NCBI RefSeq assembly: GCF_006345805.1
Contig: NC_043003.1
Span: 76,942,001 to 77,006,000, forward strand
Length of the DNA stretch: 64,000 nucleotides
Source of the DNA: Octopus sinensis
Taxonomy: Eukaryota
Direction of reading: 5' to 3'
Positions within the stretch are counted from its first letter, which is position 1; each line of letters opens with the position of its first letter. The translations under genes and the position numbers were made by a program. This document shows, piece after piece, positions 9,386 through 22,586 of the stretch. The notes under the pieces are model-generated. The model did not search any database. It saw only the letters and a program-made list of their open reading frames with translations, and was not told the origin of the DNA.

Positions 9386-9932
9386 TACAATTGATCATAC
9401 GATACGCATTAAACCAATGGAATACATCGGATTATATAATCTCTAATGGGGATTTTGACTTACGGGGTTAGGGTTAATAATGAGGTTACTACTATCACTA
9501 GCCTCATATCCAGCTCTCATCTCTGCCCCCAGGACTGTTTGCATGCATCAGTGCTCTACCGACAAATCAAAAACATTGGCAGCCCAGCTAAATCAGTGTG
9601 AGCTTAACCTTACGAGTTTATATTCTTGGTTGCAATCTCTAAGAAATTATCACTCTACAAAAGATTACCAATTTTAAATTCCTACATCTCACAAATCAAT
9701 GAATTTTTTTTCAGAACAAGCCTAAATAGTGGAAATAAAATAAAAGCCTTCAATATTACAGTAGAGGCACATCTACTTAAAATTAGCAACCACGTAATCT
9801 TAATCATAAAACTGTGTAACAAATAAAAAATTTTATATTTAGTTTTATTTATTTTATTTTTTTGTATATGGTCAGTAAAATTTATTTCTTATTTGCTTAT
9901 CTCTAGAAATCAAAGGGAATGACTACTATTAC

Positions 9933-11247
9933 CTTCAAGCTTTGCTTTTATGTCCTGGACATCACTGTTATGAAACTGACATATTTTCCATTACATTTCA
10001 GACAGATTCAGTGCTGAGTTGTTGAAGCAGAAATATTATTTTCTACTCTAGGCACAAGGCCCGAAATTTTTTGGAGAGGGGCCAGTCGATTAGATCGACT
10101 CAAGTACGCAACTGAAATTTAATATATCGACCCGAAAGGATGAAAGGCAAAGTAAAGTTCAGCGGAATTTGAACTCAGAACGTAAAGACAGACGAGCTGA
10201 AGCAGAAATATTGCTCAATACCACAGATTTGTTTGTCATTTGCTTGACCATAACTGCTTGAGTATATCACTCAGTGACTGACAATATGTGCATCTCTGAT
10301 TATGAACAGGAGTATAGGGGGAACATTATAGTTTTGTGCTGAGAGAAACTCTTTGAAGTTTGAATAAATGTAACAAAAGCAAAGTTTCAAAGAATTATTA
10401 TGTATTTTTCATACTCTCTTGGGGTTAGCAAACAACAAAAAATAAAAGCTGTTACCCAAAGACAAAAGGTTCCATCGCTATTACTAAAGTTATGAATGTT
10501 TTGACATATGCAAGTACCCTAAAATGTCATTAAGAAATTAATGCTCGATATACCTATGAAGCTTCAAGAAAGTTATGCTTATCAACTATTCTTAATGCTT
10601 CACGATACTTTAGCTAGATGTGGATCTGAAGTTACAATCACTCACCTTAGTAACTTTACTGAAAATAGAAATTGAGTATAATCTGGTTTAAATTCCCTTT
10701 TAATATTACATTACACCATGTATCCTGTTCTATATTCGCTTAAAACTTCGTCTCCTAAAATTTCCAAAAATTAAATAAGTGTATAACCAATCAAGCCACT
10801 AACTTTTGTGACTATATCCATACTAGATATATAGGGTACTTAATAGCAATAAAACCTTACAATAATTCCATGGGAATGAATAAGGTTTCAACTTCAAATA
10901 GTTTTCATTTAGATTATAATTTCCACATACATTCGTATAGAAATCATAATAAAAGAAATCAAAACTCACTTGCCGCTTATATGAAGAAGCGAATAGTGTC
11001 GTACTTTACTCTTTAAAATAAAATATTTTTACTCGACTGAGTTATATAGAAAGGTAATCTTAAACTGTATGTTATGTAAAATGAAAGCTATGAGACTGTC
11101 ATAGCTAAATAAACTTGAATCATGGATTGTGTCATATACGTACAAACAAAAAATTAAAGTACTCCATTCTTCACTAATAGTGTATCTACTCTGTTGATTA
11201 AAATACAACCAGTAATTGTTTACCTGTCTTTGTTTACTTGCATCTAA
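9933..11247 (-). CDS. Candidate chain of four short coding exons of an unidentified host gene (11224-11247, 10970-11010, 10646-10658, 9933-9975)
   Basis: All are AG/GT bounded (e.g. ttctattttcag|TAAAGTTACTAAG|gtgagt) and join in frame as LDASKQRQSKVRHYSLLHISGNKVTKFHNSDVQDIKAKLE. No family recognised; no transcript evidence. Confidence 0.35.
10045..10195 (-). mobile_element. SINE family 1 partial copy
   Basis: Reverse complement of the family-1 body and tail (AGGCACAAGGCCCGAAATTT...GAAAGGCAAAG...GGAATTTGAACTCAGAACG). Confidence 0.75.
10197..10365 (+). mobile_element. Diverged internal fragment of the ~540-bp AAT-associated element
   Basis: GCTCAATACCACAGATTTG..TGTCA..TG.TTGACC...GTGCATCTCTGAT aligns to ~29210-29370. 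Confidence 0.65.
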
Positions 11248-11637
11248 CTGCGAATGTTTAAATTTACATGGAAACATACTAACAGGTAATATTAAATTTT
11301 ACATGAAAAATGTTTACACCAAAATAATAATATACTATTCAACGTGTATTTCGAGTGATTTTTCTGTTAATGATGCATTATCTTGAGGTACAATAGTACG
11401 TGAAATAATCACCTTACTCTAGTATCTAATATGTAGGACCACCAATTTAGACACTTAATACGTTAAACTACACAGTGTGATTATACCTACACACACATGC
11501 ACAAACGCACACACACACATAGATACATACAGACATACAGATATATATATATATATAGATGGATTGATAGATAGATATATATATATAGATATAGATAGAT
11601 AGATATACATATATATATATGTATATATATATGTATG

Positions 11638-11697
<60 letters not shown>

Positions 11698-12538
11698 ATA
11701 TATTATATATATATGTATAAATATTAATATATATGTATGTTTGTATATATATAGCCATTTCTCTAAAAAAGGATGTTTATCAGTAAACGAATTTACCTTT
11801 CTAAATTATATAAGAAGCTGTAATTTTCATGTCTATATTGTGAATACTATATTGTTAAATTTCACACTTCTTCATACACTATTACGTTAATATACAAGTA
11901 TGATTATTCAACAATCGATTTGTAATTATTTATATTATTTTTTATTCGTTCGTTATTATGTTTATCTTAAACACAAATTTCTTACCGATTTTCATTTCTT
12001 GGATAATGTTATTGTTTTGGCACTTTGCAATCTTGTTCTACGCTGATGCTTGTAGCTAATATTTACTGTCTTTTCTGAAAGGAAATCATTTTATGTTCGT
12101 TAAACACCCGTGAGTTTCCTGATGTAAAATAGCTATTCTATGTAAATAATAACTAAAATAAAAAGAAATATTAACACAGTACGTGTTATAATGTCGTGAA
12201 TCCCTCGTATTTTCAGCGACTTTATACAGTATATTAATTAAAGATTAATAAATGGTGAGCTAATAGGAACCAAGCTATCTCTTTCACCCAGAGTAATTTG
12301 TGGATTCATGTGAGGAGAGGCGAAACGTTTTTGGTTAAATTTAGAAACCCTATGATATGATCTTATAAAATTACTTCATTCAACGAGTTTTGCTCGCAGT
12401 CCCTTGGAACATCTGATGACGTTGTTGATTTTATGTGGCTATTCGAGTTATCTTTTTAGCTCCTATTTCTAGCAATTGTAGGCGCTATTTTTCACTCTTA
12501 ATTATGTATGCTACCTTTTTAGTAGAATACATAATTTT

Positions 12539-12579
<41 letters not shown>

Positions 12580-12699
12580 CCAAGTATCGAGATGTAGGAA
12601 GAAAGTTCGCTTCAAGTAATCCTTAGTAAATTTAGAAATAACTTTCAGGAACAATAGTGGTTTTTTGAGGTGAAAGGTTGTGGACTATTTTGTATCGCA

Positions 12700-13560
12700 A
12701 TATGATAGGCTGGAAAAAATTTGTTTTATATTTCACGGTATGCAACCAGGGCTGTCAGGTATGCGAATAAGTATACATGAGTTAAGGTATGGTGTAGATA
12801 ATATCCAGGCTACATACGTTTCATAGCAAGTGGAACCTCAGAAGTAATAAATATCGAGTGAGGTGTATACCGCAGGCAACTCGTCAGGCCAAGGAATTCT
12901 TAAGTGAAAGTTATTGTAAGCAGGTAACTATTAATGGTGACTATTAAGTAGGTAATGCCCTAGAAGGTCCAAAACTTGGGTGGAGACAGTGGCCCCCATA
13001 GGGATCTCAAGAAAGTTGTTAACACATAGAAGATTCGATTAGGATGCGTAGAGAGCACGGTAAGAGTGGAGGATTCAAATGTGGAGAGAAGTTAGGGATA
13101 TAAAAGAAAATAGAAAAGAATAAAAGGAAGTGGGAGAGTTAAAGAATTTAAGCAAGGTTATTTGACCGGTACATTTGGATAGGGCTATTTGGGCCCAGTC
13201 ATAGACATTTGCAAGGGGAGTGGTATTTGAAAACTAGATAATGTGGAGGGAAAGCATGAGTAAACACTTGTAAATAAGGAGGAGAAAATAGTATGCTTGG
13301 AGATATGGGGTAGTATTAGAACTGGAATTTAAGAAAGAATGGAGAGAATTGTAGAAGCTACTACAAACTATCAGTTAAGCAATGTGTATTGTTGTGCGCG
13401 AGCGTGTTTACAGTATGAAGTAGTCGAGGTGTATGTGAGCATAGGTACTTGCAAGTTTACAAAGGGGCAGGAGGAGTGGGAGGCACATGAAATAAGAGAA
13501 AAATGGTATAAATGGTAAGGAAAGATAAAGTGTGATAGAAAAATATAAACGACAATAATG
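12700..13560 (-). mobile_element. Highly decayed Penelope-like RT remnant
   Basis: Minus-strand translation gives residues resembling the GVAMGTRMGPSY-type PLE RT motif (EVPLAMKRM*PGYY), with many stops and frameshifts. Confidence 0.35.
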
Positions 13561-14070
13561 AGTTAAAGAGAATATAATGGGAATATGTTGGATTGTTTTA
13601 CTGTTTTGTTCTCACTGTCCTGTTCTTGCTACCACTTTCGCCCTCCGCAAAAAATACCAAATTTTATTTAATTTGCTTTGCGGGAAGGACTGTTTCAACG
13701 AAGTCGCGTCTTGTACTTGCCTCCGTAATGCGGAGTAGATGAAACAGGGATAACTGAAAAAGGGGAATATTCTTTATGTTGTATATCTCGTTTCTCTGTT
13801 TGTTTTTCGTTGTTCGAAAAAAGTTCGTTTCTATGTTTTTGGTTTTTATGTTTTCGTTTCTCATTGTGTTCAACGTTTTTTTATTATGAACGCTAGGAAG
13901 ATAGTAAAGATAGAAGAGTGCGCATCGTAATTATTAAAATAAAACTTATACATATATATATAGGTATATATATATAACTTATACATATATATATTTATAT
14001 ATTATTTATAATATTATATGATCGAATGCCACGCATCCTTTTCCAAGTAAGTTTTTCTCTCTCTCTATCT

Positions 14071-14124
<54 letters not shown>

Positions 14125-14126
<2 letters not shown>

Positions 14127-14293
14127 GACGGTTATCTTTCAGTTTCCGTCTACCAAATCCACCCACAAAGCTTTGGTCGAACTGAGGCTATAGGAGAAAA
14201 CGCTTACCCAAGGTGTCACGCTCACGCACTGGGAGTGAACCAGGATCCATGTGGGTGATAAGCAGCTACTTACCACACAGCCGCATCTGCACC
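14125..14293 (-). mobile_element. SINE family 2, 5' half
   Basis: Reverse complement of the tRNA-like head (GGTGCAG..GCGGCTGTGTGGTAAG...GGTTCACTCCCA) and of the body GGATTTGGTAGACGGAAACTGAAAGA. Confidence 0.75.
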
Positions 14294-14300
14294 TATATCA

Positions 14301-14337
<37 letters not shown>

Positions 14338-14355
14338 TGATGCACATACACACAC

Positions 14356-14449
<94 letters not shown>

Positions 14450-14776
14450 GGATAGAGAGAGAGATAGAGAGAGAGAGATAGATAGGTAGATAGAATTTCT
14501 AATGGAAAGAGTTTGCTCTTCCATAAGGATGTATTTCAATCAAGCCTACACCGGTTTATCTCCATATCGATTAATATTCCTGGAATTTGTTAATTTGTAT
14601 TAGTATTGGTGTTTATTGATATTACTTCTTCGACATAAGTGCTTAACACTCATAATGTTCCAGCTGTCATTATAGATGTTTTCATCTATCGGATATAGGA
14701 GAACAGAATTTAATAATATAATATAAAGAAAATGGAGATTAGAAAGAATAATAAAATCAAAAATATAAATATATGC

Positions 14777-15309
14777 GTAAGTATCCAAATCTATATAATT
14801 ATTTAACTTCTACATATCTAATTGTGAGAATTTTTCAATTTTTATTTTTATTACAATTGTTTATTTATTTAGATGCATTAGTCCTATTTGTTCACGGTTT
14901 GAGTTATGATATATATATATATATATATATATTTAAATTAATATTCATGTATTTTTAGCGGGGATACTATTAACTATGTATCACATGCATGGAGGTAAAT
15001 CATTAATAGAGTTTGAATTTAGATGATAAATTATACTTAAATAAACACTTCGTGAATGATAAAGTTAAAATTAACTTAGGAACAAATTTTAAAGTGAAGC
15101 GCATCCTCACCATTTGAAAGTGATTTAGCTCCATACATGTGATAGAAGTATTTAAAAATTAATTAATTTTAGAATTTATATAATAAGCCAAATTATGAAC
15201 AAATAAGACTAATGCATCTAAATAAATAAAAATGTGTAATAATTAATAAAAATTGAAATTCTTACAGTTAAATAAGAATTTAAATACTTATACAGATTTT
15301 GATACTTAC
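14777..15309. mobile_element. Old foldback/MITE-like element with ~200-bp diverged inverted arms
   Basis: 14777-15003 is the reverse complement (roughly 80% by eye) of 15120-15309, e.g. TTTATTTATTTAGATGCATTAGTC/GACTAATGCATCTAAATAAATAAA and TATCACATGCATGGAGGTAAATCA/TGATTTAGCTCCATACATGTGATA. Confidence 0.75.
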
Positions 15310-15839
15310 TAATATATTTTCAGTTTTATTTTTGGTTTTTTATTCTTCTGACAAGTGAGTAGGAAGAAGAGTGGCAGCCAGCCTCTAAAGAAGAAACAGT
15401 CTAAATTCCATTGGGGATGAACAGTAGTATGACCCAGTTCTTCAAGACTGCTACTAGCCATTGTCCACTATGATCATAATTTAACCTCTAGCTATTTTTA
15501 GAACAGAATCCAGAGACACATATGCTGACACACAAACATACATACACATGCTGCTATTCAGCATGTAAGGAGCTTTCCATCCATTAGGATGTAAACGAAT
15601 ATATAAATATGATACTTTTTGCCCTGAAGAGATTTCTACCTTTTTACCTTTTAAATTCATAATATAATTTTAATTAAAAAATATGAATGAAGGTGGGAAT
15701 TGAAGTGTGCGTAGGCGACAGGAAATTGACAATTATATAAATAAATTGATTTTTCTCTGTTCACACTCTCTATTTTCTTTATATTATATCATAGTGTATA
15801 TATATATATATTATTATATAATATATATATATATATATA

Positions 15840-16210
15840 CTAAGCAATAAAGGGTTTAGCAACGAATTGCTTACCACATACCGAATTTAGAAATAGCAGT
15901 CAAAGAGTTATAGCTATTTCTTCTACTAAAAAGGGAGATCTCAGTAAAAACAGCAATTGGAAGGCAGACACAAACAGGTAAGAGAGAATGAATTGACGGC
16001 AATCTATCGAAACGTACGTCCGTAGATAACTTAAATTGTATGATAGATTGCCGTCAATTCATTCTCTCTTACCTGTTTGTGTCTGCCTTCCAATTGCTGT
16101 TTTTACTGAGATCTCCCTTTTTAGTAGAAGAAATAGCTATAACTCTTTGACTGCTATTTCTAAATTCGGTATGTGGTAAGGCATTCGTTGCTAAACCCTT
16201 TATTGCTTAG
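15840..16210. mobile_element. Young foldback: 169-bp near-perfect inverted repeats around a 33-bp spacer, TA-flanked
   Basis: Arms 15840-16008 and 16042-16210; only two mismatches seen (AACGAATTGCTTACC vs AACGAATGCCTTACC); TA at 15838-39 and 16211-12. Confidence 0.9.
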
Positions 16211-16449
16211 TATTACTTAAATTTTCCTCGAATGAGGCTTTTACATGCCGAAGACTACTTGGTGTAATTGATAATTATTCCAAATAATTAATTTCACCCT
16301 TCATTATTACGGATATATATATATATATATATATATTAATTCAGAACAGATGGTATACACACTTTTTTCTTTATGTTATCAAACCTAGGTCCATTAGCAA
16401 GAAGACGATAAGAACATTGTCTTCCACAGTATCTCCCGAGTTAATACAC

Positions 16450-17010
16450 ACCAGGGCAAACCTGTGGAATCAATTAAAGTGAGAACACTTTTAGCGCTAA
16501 TAGGATAGAATTTTCAAACCGGACGCGCAAGCAACAATCTGTTTAATAAAAGAAAAGTGTCAAATTTCGCTACAGATTTATGGAAAAATTCCGGCAGCAT
16601 AAGGAGGAAAACACGCCGAAGTGTTAATGAGAATAACATGTCGTGGATTTTATTTCAGGATTAGAGAGAGAGCTGAAGTCTTAATGTTAAGTGCTTTGAG
16701 AAAGTAATTATCTTTCATGCGAGTATAATATCTCAAGTGGCTGCTGCAGTAAAAAGAAACATAATAATTTTTCCCCTGTGTATCTGCGGAGACGGTTTCA
16801 AAAGCTGTTGCGCCATCGCCTAAATCAGTACTCCGTAACTATTTTTCAGTTGCGGTACACTTATATTCCTTTCAAAATTCGGCGGCACTCCTGAACTAAA
16901 AATATAATCAAAAGCATAGGGGAAAGATTATATTCAGGTTACACTGCGGCGTAACTACCATCGTCTCGCGGCACATCTATGTGCCACAGTATACCGGTTG
17001 CGAAACCCTG
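16450..17010 (+). mobile_element. Possible decayed hAT-type DNA transposon derivative
   Basis: Ends CCAGGG...CAAACCTGTGG and CCACAG..ACCGGTTGCGAAACCCTGG resemble imperfect hAT-like TIRs; no convincing ORF. Confidence 0.35.
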
Positions 17011-17214
17011 GCCTATATGAATAACGAAAAAATATACATATTGAAAATCAAAAATATATATGTTTGGAAAATCAAAAGCTGATGTCTTGATCATTTTGAA
17101 ATTAATTGCTCAGTCATCGAAGGTAGCACGTCTTAAGTAACATAAATTTGTACTAAGACCTGTAAAGCGATATAGCTTTCAAGCGAGGAGAATGACACAC
17201 AAATAGCGTCGGAC

Positions 17215-17316
17215 AATGTATGTATGTATGTATGTATGTATGTATGTATGTATGTATGTATGTATGTATGCATGTATGTATGTATGTATGTATGTATGTA
17301 TGTATGTATGTATGTA
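17215..17316 (+). repeat. (ATGT)n microsatellite
   Basis: Direct reading. Confidence 0.95.
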
Positions 17317-17739
17317 TAGAGTGTTAGAAGTGGTGTACAGATACTACATATTGAGAAAAAGGGAGGTCGCCAGAATTTTGGAAAGAAAAATTTTATTTCT
17401 CCATTATTATTAGCGCTTTTAACTTTGATATTTAGCAAACAATGGTACGCGACCAAATATACAGCAGATTATTTTATCCACTCCTAGCATATATAGGTGA
17501 GTGTGGGTGTATGTGTGTGTGCGTGTGTGTGTGCGCTCGTGTTACATTTCTATATGTATGCATATAACTGAGGGAATTTACTGACGTTTCGGTACCGAAA
17601 CACGACATCCGAATGAAAGTGAAAAGTTAATGTTTCGTCTGTTAAATTACGATATTACCGAAACACTGGGATCTTGGCATAGCTATGATTGACTACAAGC
17701 AGGAGGAAAGACAAGAATGCTAAAATGATAAGCTTGGAG

Positions 17740-18060
17740 AAAAATGTGATATGAATACCAAACTCTCTAAACAATTCTTTCAGTTCCTCCAAGTCCATGA
17801 AACACTGTTAGGAACTTCAACTCCAAATCTGAAGAAATGCAATGCTTGTATTCTGGAGGTCAGTCGTACATTCCACACGGGGCGTTTTTTATCAATCCTA
17901 CTCCTGTTCTCCACGTGAATACCTGCAGAATGAATCCTACCCACACGTCCATTCTTTTCGTTTATCTACCCATTTATATGCCAATTCCTCTCTCACATCA
18001 ACCAACCACTCACTAGTTCGGTACATCAGGCCAATCATTGAAATAAATCTCTGGCGGAAT
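17740..18060 (-). mobile_element. Decayed RTE-clade LINE, post-RT fragment
   Basis: Minus-strand translation (LMYRTSEW...KRPVWNVRLTSRIQ...) resembles the RTE segment between LLYGSE.W and RL.W.GHV.RM; many stops. Confidence 0.4.
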
Positions 18061-18766
18061 TCTGGTTTATGCACCCCATATGTCCCATTATAATTTTTTT
18101 CTGTTTTGGAATTTTCAGAAAATTTTTACGAATTTACGTTCTACTCACGGGAATTCGCACGATTATGAAGAAATAATCTCTTTTTTTAATCCCTTCCTCA
18201 ATGGATCTGACAATTTCCACTCACTTTCGATATTCTTTAAAAATCAGAGTTTAAGAAACGGAATTTTTAGCTTAATTCCCAGTAATGGGCCACTCTTGAG
18301 TGCATCATTATTTAATTAAATGTGTTTATAGGGACAACAATATTGAAAAACATCGATATATATCTGAGTGGCAATGAAACGAGAACGTTATCAGGGAGTC
18401 ATAAGATGTTAAAAAAAACAGAGCTAAAACTACCTTAAATTACGCAGACACACATATAGTCTTTTACATACTCATATGATTTCCCATGTTTAGAACACAA
18501 ACTCACGAAAATTGTCTGAAACTTACCAAAAATAAAAGTCCTGAACTCCGCCAATCTATGTACAATGTCTAATAAGTGTGCAGGGCATTATACTTCCGAA
18601 ACTATAAGGGAAAATGCTGTATCTTCGATATACATCCTCCATACACGTACATCCCCAAACACACAAACATACACACACATTGATACGCTCAGGCACAGGT
18701 ACTTACCATATATAAATGAGCACAAGCGGAGGCGCGCTGCATGTGTTTTTGTGTGTGTCTGTAAGT

Positions 18767-18806
<40 letters not shown>

Positions 18807-18896
18807 CATATATATATATATATATATCGGTATATAAATACGTACAATATACACACATTTGTATGCATATGTGTGTATATATATATATATAATATA

Positions 18897-18928
<32 letters not shown>

Positions 18929-19366
18929 CAGAATACTCGACTTGTGCAACGATTTTGATGAAGTGATAAAACGAAAGATTATTTAGATATTATTTATGAG
19001 ATTAATATGAGTTATCGTCCTTGACAACCTAGTGGTGCGTGTTAGGCAACTGAAATCACTTTCCTTTTTCCGAACATTTCCTTTCTTGTTTCTAAATTTT
19101 TTATTTATGTTTTTTTTTACTATTTCTAAATCCTTTATAAATAAGCAATAAATTATTTTCCTCTGAATATAACGTATTACACCAACGCAACGTTACTGAG
19201 CAGAGTTTAATAGTTGTACTAGCAATATCTTTCAGGAAGCAACTTGACAAGTTTTATATCTCTCTGCGGTTTTCATTCGAATTGCCATAGTTAAAAGAAT
19301 AAAATAAAACTAGAGAATAAAAAAGTCAGAGCACATGGCAAATATATACCCCCCACACACACATAC

Positions 19367-19409
<43 letters not shown>

Positions 19410-19587
19410 ATATAATATATATGTATGCATGTATGTATGTATGTATGTATGTATGTATCTGTCTATTTATCTATACATGTATGTATATGCATATATGTGT
19501 ATTATATATGCATATATATATATATATAGAGAGAGAGATAGAAGATACATACATATATATGTACGTATGTATGTATCTATGTATATA

Positions 19588-19624
<37 letters not shown>

Positions 19625-20655
19625 CTATGTATATATATATATATACACACACATATATTTATGTTTGTATATGTATATATATATATATACACACATACAC
19701 ACATATATATATATACATATACACTCACATATATACACTCATATCACAATTTGTATGTGTATATACAAACGCATGAATATACACATACACACGCGCGCAT
19801 ATAAATGCAATGCATTGTGTTTTTCTGTTATTGTTGTAGAGCGTATCTTTGCGAAGAAAAACAAAAGAAAGAACTATTGAAAGCCTATTGAATCGAACAG
19901 TTAACACTGTTGCTAAGGTTACTTAGATTTCCTACGTCAACGCAGCAAATGTAATAGTAAGACGTATAATATAGTAGGCTCCATTTTAATATCGTACAGA
20001 AAGACGACATGGTGAAATAGCTGAGATCAGAGGTTTCAAACAATTACAACACTGAAGACTGTAAAATATTATTATTTATGTCTACCTCTCTCTCTACTCC
20101 TCTGTCTCTCGCTCCCCCTCCTCTCTCTCTCTCACTCTCCCTCACTCCGTGTAAATTCGAGTATATTAAGTATATGTACGCGCGCTTCTGTGCATATGTA
20201 TGTATGCATATATGTAAGTTGTAGATATATACTGACTGCATATAACATATTTTCTGTATGCCTATTAATACAATGTATACCCCCATATGTAGGCGACTGG
20301 ACGTATATATATATATATATATGAAGAATACAAAAAAATGGGACAAGAACGCAACAGGTGACAATAAAACATCCAGACAGTTAGATGATACAAAAAGGGA
20401 CAAGAAAATACAAGGACGGGTCATTCGGAGTTTCCTTTCCTCGGTCGAGTTCCAGATCATCTTTGTCGTTTCAGCTGGTTATACTCTACTCGAAACTGCT
20501 CCAAACTGGCCAGCCTCAAGGAAAATCTAAGCTAAGAGCACTAGATTTCTTAAAAGAAAGCTGCGAATGTATATGAAATCAAGGACGAAAAGAAACGGGA
20601 AAATGATACAGAAATACAAATGCAAAGAACAGGACATCAACAACAGGTGTCTTTC

Positions 20656-20689
<34 letters not shown>

Positions 20690-20699
20690 TGGGTATCTA

Positions 20700-20935
20700 T
20701 TCCTATGCTAAGTTTGACCACCTCATGTGCCTACACCTTAGAACCATCATGGCGTCTGATGTGGCTTTTTAAACCAGTCAATGTTTGAAAAGACACCCAC
20801 ATAGATTCCATATCCGATTTGGACCACCAATACCTGCAGATAAGTTCTTATTTTTGAGGATATTAAAATGTCTCTTGACGCCACCGTTATATTTGCAAAC
20901 CTTCTGGCATACATTGCATTCAAAGATGTGCACAG
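20700..20935 (-). mobile_element. C2H2-like zinc-finger pair, probably the 3' end of an RTE LINE ORF
   Basis: FECNVCQKVCKYNGGVKRHF and, after a 1-nt frameshift, CGCLFK-LTGLKSHIRRHDGSKV*; isolated and frameshifted. Confidence 0.5.
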
Positions 20936-20984
20936 ATATATAGGTAGAATAGTTGGTGGAGACACTCAGACAGATAGGCAGAGG

Positions 20985-21046
<62 letters not shown>

Positions 21047-21537
21047 TAGATAGATACAAACTTGCATACATACAGACATACATATGAACAATTTATGTTA
21101 AAAGAAATAGTTAAGAGCGGTCTGTGGCATGCATATGAGTAATAAAGGTGAATAACATCATTTAAATTACAAAGAAAAAACTTGATTTATTGAAATTTTT
21201 ATCCCTTCAAGAGAAGCGTAAGCAAATATCTTGTGGAGCTCGTGACTAACGCCAACTAACAAGGGGAGATAATCTCGAGGATCAGAAATTTTTAGAAATG
21301 CTTTTAAGTAACAAACTGAGACGAACTTTGAGACAAAAAGCCCAATTGTGTACACATGTTTCTGTTTTATAAGACGTCAACATATGCATTTTCATGACGT
21401 AGCATGTTCGAAACATCCATTGTAGGATGTGTGAAACATTTACCATCTTTCATTTTGCAATGTCTTCAACAAAACATTCACTTGAAAATAAGCAATTTTT
21501 TAATATGTTGCTTGTTTTTACCGTCCGGCATTGAAAC

Positions 21538-21579
<42 letters not shown>

Positions 21580-22423
21580 CCGAAACTGAAACGTTGCCAG
21601 ATGTTTCTCTATTGTGAGTAAAATCGAATTCTAAAACGAGATTTAATCACGTGAATGTGATGGTGGCTTTACAGTTATATCATTATTGGTAGCTGCGATT
21701 ATTGATGTGGTAAACAATACATGTACTGTTATAAGACAGCCAGCGCTTCAAATATTGGAAATTATAGCAGTGTTATGAATACCTGACGAAAAAATCATGA
21801 TATTAAGATAAATTATAAACGATCTCTGACAGAATCAAAGTGACCCCACCCCCATAATCAAAGAGGCTAATTCGCATAGATACAGATATCCTGGTTAACA
21901 GACAGACAGTGTATTGTCAATATTCCTAGGATAGAAACATTTTAGTATCCATCTCATACATTACAGTATCAGACATAATAAATGTCATATGTAGAATAAA
22001 TACGTATACTAAATAAATATGAAGGTCTGGAAACAGAGATAAGGCGAAAATATTTAGTGTCTTAAGAATAATTGCAAAGAAGGCAAACAAATAATAACGA
22101 AAAACTACAGGCTTCAATATATTCACAACTCAGAAAAATATAATATCATTTTTACGCTACGCAGCATGCTAGTAGTAACAGGCATACATAACATTCAGAA
22201 AAGAAACACCGTTATGTACTGCCTAATTATATATAATTAGAAAATAACGTGACTACGGTACCCACTTGGATTCTATATCCCTACCAACCATAATTTGGAA
22301 AAAAATATTTAATATGCGCGTGTGTGTGTGTTATCATTATCACTATATAATAATTACATATATGTATAAATATATATACATATATACATGCACACAGACA
22401 AATAAATACACACACACAAATAA

Positions 22424-22524
<101 letters not shown>

Positions 22525-22532
22525 TATTATAT

Positions 22533-22586
<54 letters not shown>

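Noticed and set aside
9464-9475. GGGGTTAGGGTT telomere-like motif
   Set aside because: Fewer than two full TTAGGG units; expected by chance.
18500-18740. Isolated strong minus-strand donors (TG|gtaagt at 18527, ATG|gtaagt near 18707)
   Set aside because: Acceptors are weak and no frame-consistent link to other exon candidates could be shown.
20400-20440. Hammerhead-like traces (also ~24990-25035, ~60410-60450)
   Set aside because: Two or more core positions are altered and stems are incomplete; cannot be told apart from chance without a model search.
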